A stretch of 64,000 nucleotides of DNA from Lepidodermella squamata (Eukaryota; Animalia; Gastrotricha), in assembly GCA_047495785.1 (NCBI GenBank), contig JBLDXI010000073.1, positions 124,001 through 188,000 on the forward strand. Direction: 5' to 3'. The notes beneath the pieces were generated by a model. The model was given only the letters and a program-made list of their open reading frames with translations, was not told the origin of the DNA and made no database searches. Made by a program: the position numbers and the translations under genes. Of the stretch, positions 12,888 to 24,800 are shown in pieces (within the stretch, counting starts at the first letter, position 1; each line of letters opens with the position of its first letter).

Positions 12888-15800
12888 CTAAGCGTAGTTT
12901 GCCAGGCTTTCGAGCAGAATTTGTTGAACTGCGTTCCGGACTGTTTCGAGATCGAATGGGCCAGGAGGACCACGAGGGCCGGGAAGACCGATGCCGTTAC
13001 GACCAGCGGGACCAGAAGGACCAGCGGGACCAGTCGCGCCATCTCTACCAGAAGTACCAGGAAGGCCAACGCCAGTTGGACCAGGAAGGCCAACGCCAGT
13101 TGGACCAGGAAGGCCAACGCCAGTTGGACCAGGAAGGCCAACGCCAGTTGGACCAGTGGGACCAGTATCGCCGGCTCTTCCAGGGAGACCAACACCTGGT
13201 CGACCAGCAGAGCCCGTTGGGCCAGTCATGCCAATACCTGTCGGACCAGTAGGACCTGTGACACCATCCCTGCCATCTCGGCCAGCCGGACCAGCAGGGC
13301 CCATTGCGCCTGCAATACCGGTCGCACCATTGTTACCATTCCTACCGGTCGGACCAGTCGGACCAGTCACTCCTAGGTCACCTGAGAACACGTAAAATTA
13401 TTTTTAATAGTCAAAAGGCATTATCATCACCTTTCTGCCCCTTGTCTCCTTTAGGTGCCATATCTCCAGAAATGCCCTTGTCACCTAAAAACAAAAGGAA
13501 AGCACGCCATGAGACCATGATCTATCCGACGAAATTGGAAAAGATCCCTTGCGTACCGGCAATCATCGGACATTGATCGCAACTAAATAAAACTACGTTT
13601 TCCAACTCACCTTGCAGGCCTTGAGGACCTTGCGAACCAAGCGGACCTTGCGGGCCTGAAAATCACGAATAAATTCATGCAAGCTTCAAACCTCAACTTC
13701 GAAGATCGCAACTATACCTTGAGAACCTAGCGGGCCCTGATCTCCGGTTGCACCAGTCACTCCCGTCGCACCTGCAGCGGGGCAAAACCGAAGTAGCTCA
13801 AAGTTTCGAAGAAGCTCGGCTCATTCACGTACCTTGTTGACCTGTGGCTCCATCAGCGCCTGAATGGTTTCACAAAACAAGAGAAATCGTAACCAAGAGC
13901 CTGGATCCTAGCTTCAACGCTCACCTGTCGCTCCAGTAGCGCCCTGCCCACCCAGTGGGCCTTCGGAACCTTGCACGCCTTGGGGACCTTGAGCGCCAAC
14001 GACACCTTGCGGGCCTGAAAATCACGAATAAATTCATGCAAGCTTCAAACCTCAACTGCGAAGCTCAGAACTGTACCTTGAGAACCTAGCGGACCCTGTT
14101 CTCCAGTGGCACCAGTAACACCGGTCGCACCTGTAGCGGGGCGAAATCGGAACAAACGCCAGTTGAGAAGCTTGCTCTCGCTTCGAACCGAGCTCATTCA
14201 CGTACCTTGTTGACCTGTGGCTCCTTCAGCGCCTGCATGGTTTTACAAAACAAGAGAAATTCCAGTCAAGAGGCTTCATCATAGCTTCAATGCTCACCTG
14301 TCGATCCAGTAGGGCCTTGCGCACCCATGGGACCTTCGGAACCTGAAAGTGAGAGCAGAAATTTAGCATCCAGAATAATCGAATCTCGAAGCCCGAGATT
14401 CCCGAACTCACCAAGCACGCCTTGGGGACCTTGAGCGCCAACGACACCTTGCGGGCCTGAAAATCACGAATAAATTCATGCAAGCTTCAAACCTCAACTG
14501 CGAAGCTCAGAACTGTACCTTGAGAACCTAGCGGACCCTGTTCTCCAGTGGCACCAGGAACACCGGTCGCACCTGTAGCGGGGCGAAATCGGAACAAACG
14601 CCAGTTGAGAAGCTTGCTCTCGCTTCGAACCGAGCTCATTCACGTACCTTGTTGACCTGTGGCTCCTTCAGCGCCTGCATGGTTTTACAAAACAAGAGAA
14701 ATTCCAGTCAAGAGGCTTCATCATAGCTTCAATGCTCACCTGTCGATCCAGTAGGGCCTTGCGCACCCATGGGACCTTCGGAACCTGAAAGTGAGAGCAG
14801 AAAATTAGCATCCAGAATAATCGAATCTCGAAGCCCGAGATTCCCGAACTCACCAAGCACGCCTTGGGGACCTTGAGCGCCAACGACACCTTGCGGGCCT
14901 GAAAATCACGAATAAATTCATGCAAGCTTCAAACCTCAACTGCGAAGCTCAGAACTGTACCTTGAGAACCTAGCGGACCCTGTTCTCCAGTGGCACCAGT
15001 AACACCGGTCGCACCTGTAGCGGGGCGAAATCGGAACAAACGCCAGTTGAGAAGCTTGCTCTCGCTTCGAACCGAGCTCATTCACGTACCTTGTTGACCT
15101 GTGGCTCCTTCAGCGCCTGCATGGTTTTACAAAACAAGAGAAATTCCAGTCAAGAGGCTTCATCATAGCTTCAATGCTCACCTGTCGATCCAGTAGGGCC
15201 TTGCGCACCCATGGGACCTTCGGAACCTGAAAGTGAGAGCAGAAAATTAGCATCCAGAATAATCGAATCTCGAAACCCGAGATTCCCGAACTCACCAAGC
15301 ACGCCTTGGGGACCTTGAGCGCCAACGACACCTTGCGGGCCTGAAAATCACGAATAAATTCATGCAAGCTTCAAACCTCAACTGCGAAGCTCAGAACTGT
15401 ACCTTGAGAACCTAGCGGACCCTGTTCTCCAGTGGCACCAGGAACACCGGTCGCACCTGTAGCGGGGCGAAATCGGAACAAACGCCAGTTGAGAAGCTTG
15501 CTCTCGCTTCGAACCGAGCTCATTCACGTACCTTGTTGACCTGTGGCTCCTTCAGCGCCTGCATGGTTTTACAAAACAAGAGAAATTCCAGTCAAGAGGC
15601 TTCATCATAGCTTCAATGCTCACCTGTCGATCCAGTAGGGCCTTGCGCACCCATGGGACCTTCGGAACCTGAAAGTGAGAGCAGAAATTTAGCATCCAGA
15701 ATAATCGAATCTCGAAGCCCGAGATTCCCGAACTCACCAAGCACGCCTTGGGGACCTTGAGCGCCAACGACACCTTGCGGGCCTGAAAATCACGAATAAA

Positions 15801-18800
15801 TTCATGCAAGCTTCAAACCTCAACTGCGAAGCTCAGAACTGTACCTTGAGAACCTAGCGGACCCTGTTCTCCAGTGGCACCAGGAACACCGGTCGCACCT
15901 GTAGCGGGGCGAAATCGGAACAAACGCCAGTTGAGAAGCTTGCTCTCGCTTCGAACCGAGCTCATTCACGTACCTTGTTGACCTGTGGCTCCTTCAGCGC
16001 CTGCATGGTTTTACAAAACAAGAGAAATTCCAGTCAAGAGGCTTCATCATAGCTTCAATGCTCACCTGTCGATCCAGTAGGGCCTTGCGCACCCATGGGA
16101 CCTTCGGAACCTGAAAGTGAGAGCAGAAAATTAGCATCCAGAATAATCGAATCTCGAAGCCCGAGATTCCCGAACTCACCAAGCACGCCTTGGGGACCTT
16201 GAGCGCCAACGACACCTTGCGGGCCTGAAAATCACGAATAAATTCATGCAAGCTTCAAACCTCAACTGCGAAGCTCAGAACTGTACCTTGAGAACCTAGC
16301 GGACCCTGTTCTCCAGTGGCACCAGTAACACCGGTCGCACCTGTAGCGGGGCGAAATCGGAACAAACGCCAGTTGAGAAGCTTGCTCTCGCTTCGAACCG
16401 AGCTCATTCACGTACCTTGTTGACCTGTGGCTCCTTCAGCGCCTGCATGGTTTTACAAAACAAGAGAAATTCCAGTCAAGAGGCTTCATCATAGCTTCAA
16501 TGCTCACCTGTCGATCCAGTAGGGCCTTGCGCACCCATGGGACCTTCGGAACCTGAAAGTGAGAGCAGAAAATTAGCATCCAGAATAATCGAATCTCGAA
16601 ACCCGAGATTCCCGAACTCACCAAGCACGCCTTGGGGACCTTGAGCGCCAACGACACCTTGCGGGCCTGAAAATCACGAATAAATTCATGCAAGCTTCAA
16701 ACCTCAACTGCGAAGCTCAGAACTGTACCTTGAGAACCTAGCGGACCCTGTTCTCCAGTGGCACCAGTAACACCGGTCGCACCTGTAGCGGGGCGAAATC
16801 GGAACAAACGCCAGTTGAGAAGCTTGCTCTCGCTTCGAACCGAGCTCATTCACGTACCTTGTTGACCTGTGGCTCCTTCAGCGCCTGCATGGTTTTACAA
16901 AACAAGAGAAATTCCAGTCAAGAGGCTTCATCATAGCTTCAATGCTCACCTGTCGATCCAGTAGGGCCTTGCGCACCCATGGGACCTTCGGAACCTGAAA
17001 GTGAGAGCAGAAAATTAGCATCCAGAATAATCGAATCTCGAAGCCCGAGATTCCCGAACTCACCAAGCACGCCTTGGGGACCTTGAGCGCCAACGACACC
17101 TTGCGGGCCTGAAAATCACGAATAAATTCATGCAAGCTTCAAACCTCAACTGCGAAGCTCAGAACTGTACCTTGAGAACCTAGCGGACCCTGTTCTCCAG
17201 TGGCACCAGTAACACCGGTCGCACCTGTAGCGGGGCGAAATCGGAACAAACGCCAGTTGAGAAGCTTGCTCTCGCTTCGAACCGAGCTCATTCACGTACC
17301 TTGTTGACCTGTGGCTCCTTCAGCGCCTGCATGGTTTTACAAAACAAGAGAAATTCCAGTCAAGAGGCTTCATCATAGCTTCAATGCTCACCTGTCGATC
17401 CAGTAGGGCCTTGCGCACCCATGGGACCTTCGGAACCTGAAAGTGAGAGCAGAAATTTAGCATCCAGAATAATCGAATCTCGAAGCCCGAGATTCCCGAA
17501 CTCACCAAGCACGCCTTGGGGACCTTGAGCGCCAACGACACCTTGCGGGCCTGAAAATCACGAATAAATTCATGCAAGCTTCAAACCTCAACTGCGAAGC
17601 TCAGAACTGTACCTTGAGAACCTAGCGGACCCTGTTCTCCAGTGGCACCAGTAACACCGGTCGCACCTGTAGCGGGGCGAAATCGGAACAAACGCCAGTT
17701 GAGAAGCTTGCTCTCGCTTCGAACCGAGCTCATTCACGTACCTTGTTGACCTGTGGCTCCTTCAGCGCCTGCATGGTTTTACAAAACAAGAGAAATTCCA
17801 GTCAAGAGGCTTCATCATAGCTTCAATGCTCACCTGTCGATCCAGTAGGGCCTTGCGCACCCATGGGACCTTCGGAACCTGAAAGTGAGAGCAGAAAATT
17901 AGCATCCAGAATAATCGAATCTCGAAGCCCGAGATTCCCGAACTCACCAAGCACGCCTTGGGGACCTTGAGCGCCAACGACACCTTGCGGGCCTGAAAAT
18001 CACGAATAAATTCATGCAAGCTTCAAACCTCAACTGCGAAGCTCAGAACTGTACCTTGAGAACCTAGCGGACCCTGTTCTCCAGTGGCACCAGTAACACC
18101 GGTCGCACCTGTAGCGGGGCGAAATCGGAACAAACGCCAGTTGAGAAGCTTGCTCTCGCTTCGAACCGAGCTCATTCACGTACCTTGTTGACCTGTGGCT
18201 CCTTCAGCGCCTGCATGGTTTTACAAAACAAGAGAAATTCCAGTCAAGAGGCTTCATCATAGCTTCAATGCTCACCTGTCGATCCAGTAGGGCCTTGCGC
18301 ACCCATGGGACCTTCGGAACCTGAAAGTGAGAGCAGAAAATTAGCATCCAGAATAATCGAATCTCGAAGCCCGAGATTCCCGAACTCACCAAGCACGCCT
18401 TGGGGACCTTGAGCGCCAACGACACCTTGCGGGCCTGAAAATCACGAATAAATTCATGCAAGCTTCAAACCTCAACTGCGAAGCTCAGAACTGTACCTTG
18501 AGAACCTAGCGGACCCTGTTCTCCAGTGGCACCAGTAACACCGGTCGCACCTGTAGCGGGGCGAAATCGGAACAAACGCCAGTTGAGAAGCTTGCTCTCG
18601 CTTCGAACCGAGCTCATTCACGTACCTTGTTGACCTGTGGCTCCTTCAGCGCCTGCATGGTTTTACAAAACAAGAGAAATTCCAGTCAAGAGGCTTCATC
18701 ATAGCTTCAATGCTCACCTGTCGATCCAGTAGGGCCTTGCGCACCCATGGGACCTTCGGAACCTGAAAGTGAGAGCAGAAAATTAGCATCCAGAATAATC

Positions 18801-21800
18801 GAATCTCGAAGCCCGAGATTCCCGAACTCACCAAGCACGCCTTGGGGACCTTGAGCGCCAACGACACCTTGCGGGCCTGAAAATCACGAATAAATTCATG
18901 CAAGCTTCAAACCTCAACTGCGAAGCTCAGAACTGTACCTTGAGAACCTAGCGGACCCTGTTCTCCAGTGGCACCAGTAACACCGGTCGCACCTGTAGCG
19001 GGGCGAAATCGGAACAAACGCCAGTTGAGAAGCTTGCTCTCGCTTCGAACCGAGCTCATTCACGTACCTTGTTGACCTGTGGCTCCTTCAGCGCCTGCAT
19101 GGTTTTACAAAACAAGAGAAATTCCAGTCAAGAGGCTTCATCATAGCTTCAATGCTCACCTGTCGATCCAGTAGGGCCTTGCGCACCCATGGGACCTTCG
19201 GAACCTGAAAGTGAGAGCAGAAAATTAGCATCCAGAATAATCGAATCTCGAAGCCCGAGATTCCCGAACTCACCAAGCACGCCTTGGGGACCTTGAGCGC
19301 CAACGACACCTTGCGGGCCTGAAAATCACGAATAAATTCATGCAAGCTTCAAACCTCAACTGCGAAGCTCAGAACTGTACCTTGAGAACCTAGCGGACCC
19401 TGTTCTCCAGTGGCACCAGTAACACCGGTCGCACCTGTAGCGGGGCGAAATCGGAACAAACGCCAGTTGAGAAGCTTGCTCTCGCTTCGAACCGAGCTCA
19501 TTCACGTACCTTGTTGACCTGTGGCTCCTTCAGCGCCTGCATGGTTTTACAAAACAAGAGAAATTCCAGTCAAGAGGCTTCATCATAGCTTCAATGCTCA
19601 CCTGTCGATCCAGTAGGGCCTTGCGCACCCATGGGACCTTCGGAACCTGAAAGTGAGAGCAGAAAATTAGCATCCAGAATAATCGAATCTCGAAGCCCGA
19701 GATTCCCGAACTCACCAAGCACGCCTTGGGGACCTTGAGCGCCAACGACACCTTGCGGGCCTGAAAATCACGAATAAATTCATGCAAGCTTCAAACCTCA
19801 ACTGCGAAGCTCAGAACTGTACCTTGAGAACCTAGCGGACCCTGTTCTCCAGTGGCACCAGTAACACCGGTCGCACCTGTAGCGGGGCGAAATCGGAACA
19901 AACGCCAGTTGAGAAGCTTGCTCTCGCTTCGAACCGAGCTCATTCACGTACCTTGTTGACCTGTGGCTCCTTCAGCGCCTGCATGGTTTTACAAAACAAG
20001 AGAAATTCCAGTCAAGAGGCTTCATCATAGCTTCAATGCTCACCTGTCGATCCAGTAGGGCCTTGCGCACCCATGGGACCTTCGGAACCTGAAAGTGAGA
20101 GCAGAAAATTAGCATCCAGAATAATCGAATCTCGAAGCCCGAGATTCCCGAACTCACCAAGCACGCCTTGGGGACCTTGAGCGCCAACGACACCTTGCGG
20201 GCCTGAAAATCACGAATAAATTCATGCAAGCTTCAAACCTCAACTGCGAAGCTCAGAACTGTACCTTGAGAACCTAGCGGACCCTGTTCTCCAGTGGCAC
20301 CAGTAACACCGGTCGCACCTGTAGCGGGGCGAAATCGGAACAAACGCCAGTTGAGAAGCTTGCTCTCGCTTCGAACCGAGCTCATTCACGTACCTTGTTG
20401 ACCTGTGGCTCCTTCAGCGCCTGCATGGTTTTACAAAACAAGAGAAATTCCAGTCAAGAGGCTTCATCATAGCTTCAATGCTCACCTGTCGATCCAGTAG
20501 GGCCTTGCGCACCCATGGGACCTTCGGAACCTGAAAGTGAGAGCAGAAAATTAGCATCCAGAATAATCGAATCTCGAAGCCCGAGATTCCCGAACTCACC
20601 AAGCACGCCTTGGGGACCTTGAGCGCCAACGACACCTTGCGGGCCTGAAAATCACGAATAAATTCATGCAAGCTTCAAACCTCAACTGCGAAGCTCAGAA
20701 CTGTACCTTGAGAACCTAGCGGACCCTGTTCTCCAGTGGCACCAGTAACACCGGTCGCACCTGTAGCGGGGCGAAATCGGAACAAACGCCAGTTAAGAAG
20801 CTTGCTCTCGCTTCGAACCGAGCTCATTCACGTACCTTGTTGACCTGTGGCTCCTTCAGCGCCTGCATGGTTTTACAAAACAAGAGAAATTCCAGTCAAG
20901 AGGCTTCATCATAGCTTCAATGCTCACCTGTCGATCCAGTAGGGCCTTGCGCACCCATGGGACCTTCGGAACCTGAAAGTGAGAGCAGAAAATTAGCATC
21001 CAGAATAATCGAATCTCGAAGCCCGAGATTCCCGAACTCACCAAGCACGCCTTGGGGACCTTGAGCGCCAACGACACCTTGCGGGCCTGAAAATCACGAA
21101 TAAATTCATGCAAGCTTCAAACCTCAACTGCGAAGCTCAGAACTGTACCTTGAGAACCTAGCGGACCCTGTTCTCCAGTGGCACCAGTAACACCGGTCGC
21201 ACCTGTAGCGGGGCGAAATCGGAACAAACGCCAGTTGAGAAGCTTGCTCTCGCTTCGAACCGAGCTCATTCACGTACCTTGTTGACCTGTGGCTCCTTCA
21301 GCGCCTGCATGGTTTTACAAAACAAGAGAAATTCCAGTCAAGAGGCTTCATCATAGCTTCAATGCTCACCTGTCGATCCAGTAGGGCCTTGCGCACCCAT
21401 GGGACCTTCGGAACCTGAAAGTGAGAGCAGAAAATTAGCATCCAGAATAATCGAATCTCGAAGCCCGAGATTCCCGAACTCACCAAGCACGCCTTGGGGA
21501 CCTTGAGCGCCAACGACACCTTGCGGGCCTGAAAATCACGAATAAATTCATGCAAGCTTCAAACCTCAACTGCGAAGCTCAGAACTGTACCTTGAGAACC
21601 TAGCGGACCCTGTTCTCCAGTGGCACCAGTAACACCGGTCGCACCTGTAGCGGGGCGAAATCGGAACAAACGCCAGTTGAGAAGCTTGCTCTCGCTTCGA
21701 ACCGAGCTCATTCACGTACCTTGTTGACCTGTGGCTCCTTCAGCGCCTGCATGGTTTTACAAAACAAGAGAAATTCCAGTCAAGAGGCTTCATCATAGCT

Positions 21801-24800
21801 TCAATGCTCACCTGTCGATCCAGTAGGGCCTTGCGCACCCATGGGACCTTCGGAACCTGAAAGTGAGAGCAGAAAATTAGCATCCAGAATAATCGAATCT
21901 CGAAGCCCGAGATTCCCGAACTCACCAAGCACGCCTTGGGGACCTTGAGCGCCAACGACACCTTGCGGGCCTGAAAATCACGAATAAATTCATGCAAGCT
22001 TCAAACCTCAACTGCGAAGCTCAGAACTGTACCTTGAGAACCTAGCGGACCCTGTTCTCCAGTGGCACCAGTAACACCGGTCGCACCTGTAGCGGGGCGA
22101 AATCGGAACAAACGCCAGTTGAGAAGCTTGCTCTCGCTTCGAACCGAGCTCATTCACGTACCTTGTTGACCTGTGGCTCCTTCAGCGCCTGCATGGTTTT
22201 ACAAAACAAGAGAAATTCCAGTCAAGAGGCTTCATCATAGCTTCAATGCTCACCTGTCGATCCAGTAGGGCCTTGCGCACCCATGGGACCTTCGGAACCT
22301 GAAAGTGAGAGCAGAAATTTAGCATCCAGAATAATCGAATCTCGAAGCCCGAGATTCCCGAACTCACCAAGCACGCCTTGGGGACCTTGAGCGCCAACGA
22401 CACCTTGCGGGCCTGAAAATCACGAATAAATTCATGCAAGCTTCAAACCTCAACTGCGAAGCTCAGAACTGTACCTTGAGAACCTAGCGGACCCTGTTCT
22501 CCAGTGGCACCAGTAACACCGGTCGCACCTGTAGCGGGGCGAAATCGGAACAAACGCCAGTTGAGAAGCTTGCTCTCGCTTCGAACCGAGCTCATTCACG
22601 TACCTTGTTGACCTGTGGCTCCTTCAGCGCCTGCATGGTTTTACAAAACAAGAGAAATTCCAGTCAAGAGGCTTCATCATAGCTTCAATGCTCACCTGTC
22701 GATCCAGTAGGGCCTTGCGCACCCATGGGACCTTCGGAACCTGAAAGTGAGAGCAGAAATTTAGCATCCAGAATAATCGAATCTCGAAGCCCGAGATTCC
22801 CGAACTCACCAAGCACGCCTTGGGGACCTTGAGCGCCAACGACACCTTGCGGGCCTGAAAATCACGAATAAATTCATGCAAGCTTCAAACCTCAACTGCG
22901 AAGCTCAGAACTGTACCTTGAGAACCTAGCGGACCCTGTTCTCCAGTGGCACCAGTAACACCGGTCGCACCTGTAGCGGGGCGAAATCGGAACAAACGCC
23001 AGTTAAGAAGCTTGCTCTCGCTTCGAACCGAGCTCATTCACGTACCTTGTTGACCTGTGGCTCCTTCAGCGCCTGCATGGTTTTACAAAACAAGAGAAAT
23101 TCCAGTCAAGAGGCTTCATCATAGCTTCAATGCTCACCTGTCGATCCAGTAGGGCCTTGCGCACCCATGGGACCTTCGGAACCTGAAAGTGAGAGCAGAA
23201 AATTAGCATCCAGAATAATCGAATCTCGAAGCCCGAGATTCCCGAACTCACCAAGCACGCCTTGGGGACCTTGAGCGCCAACGACACCTTGCGGGCCTGA
23301 AAATCACGAATAAATTCATGCAAGCTTCAAACCTCAACTGCGAAGCTCAGAACTGTACCTTGAGAACCTAGCGGACCCTGTTCTCCAGTGGCACCAGTAA
23401 CACCGGTCGCACCTGTAGCGGGGCGAAATCGGAACAAACGCCAGTTGAGAAGCTTGCTCTCGCTTCGAACCGAGCTCATTCACGTACCTTGTTGACCTGT
23501 GGCTCCTTCAGCGCCTGCATGGTTTTACAAAACAAGAGAAATTCCAGTCAAGAGGCTTCATCATAGCTTCAATGCTCACCTGTCGATCCAGTAGGGCCTT
23601 GCGCACCCATGGGACCTTCGGAACCTGAAAGTGAGAGCAGAAAATTAGCATCCAGAATAATCGAATCTCGAAGCCCGAGATTCCCGAACTCACCAAGCAC
23701 GCCTTGGGGACCTTGAGCGCCAACGACACCTTGCGGGCCTGAAAATCACGAATAAATTCATGCAAGCTTCAAACCTCAACTGCGAAGCTCAGAACTGTAC
23801 CTTGAGAACCTAGCGGACCCTGTTCTCCAGTGGCACCAGTAACACCGGTCGCACCTGTAGCGGGGCGAAATCGGAACAAACGCCAGTTGAGAAGCTTGCT
23901 CTCGCTTCGAACCGAGCTCATTCACGTACCTTGTTGACCTGTGGCTCCTTCAGCGCCTGCATGGTTTTACAAAACAAGAGAAATTCCAGTCAAGAGGCTT
24001 CATCATAGCTTCAATGCTCACCTGTCGATCCAGTAGGGCCTTGCGCACCCATGGGACCTTCGGAACCTGAAAGTGAGAGCAGAAAATTAGCATCCAGAAT
24101 AATCGAATCTCGAAGCCCGAGATTCCCGAACTCACCAAGCACGCCTTGGGGACCTTGAGCGCCAACGACACCTTGCGGGCCTGAAAATCACGAATAAATT
24201 CATGCAAGCTTCAAACCTCAACTGCGAAGCTCAGAACTGTACCTTGAGAACCTAGCGGACCCTGTTCTCCAGTGGCACCAGTAACACCGGTCGCACCTGT
24301 AGCGGGGCGAAATCGGAACAAACGCCAGTTGAGAAGCTTGCTCTCGCTTCGAACCGAGCTCATTCACGTACCTTGTTGACCTGTGGCTCCTTCAGCGCCT
24401 GCATGGTTTTACAAAACAAGAGAAATTCCAGTCAAGAGGCTTCATCATAGCTTCAATGCTCACCTGTCGATCCAGTAGGGCCTTGCGCACCCATGGGACC
24501 TTCGGAACCTGAAAGTGAGAGCAGAAAATTAGCATCCAGAATAATCGAATCTCGAAGCCCGAGATTCCCGAACTCACCAAGCACGCCTTGGGGACCTTGA
24601 GCGCCAACGACACCTTGCGGGCCTGAAAATCACGAATAAATTCATGCAAGCTTCAAACCTCAACTGCGAAGCTCAGAACTGTACCTTGAGAACCTAGCGG
24701 ACCCTGTTCTCCAGTGGCACCAGTAACACCGGTCGCACCTGTAGCGGGGCGAAATCGGAACAAACGCCAGTTGAGAAGCTTGCTCTCGCTTCGAACCGAG

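Noticed and set aside
12851-13576. Overlapping plus-strand and alternative-frame ORFs over the last collagen exon
   Set aside because: Shadow ORFs caused by the GC-rich periodic codons of the collagen.
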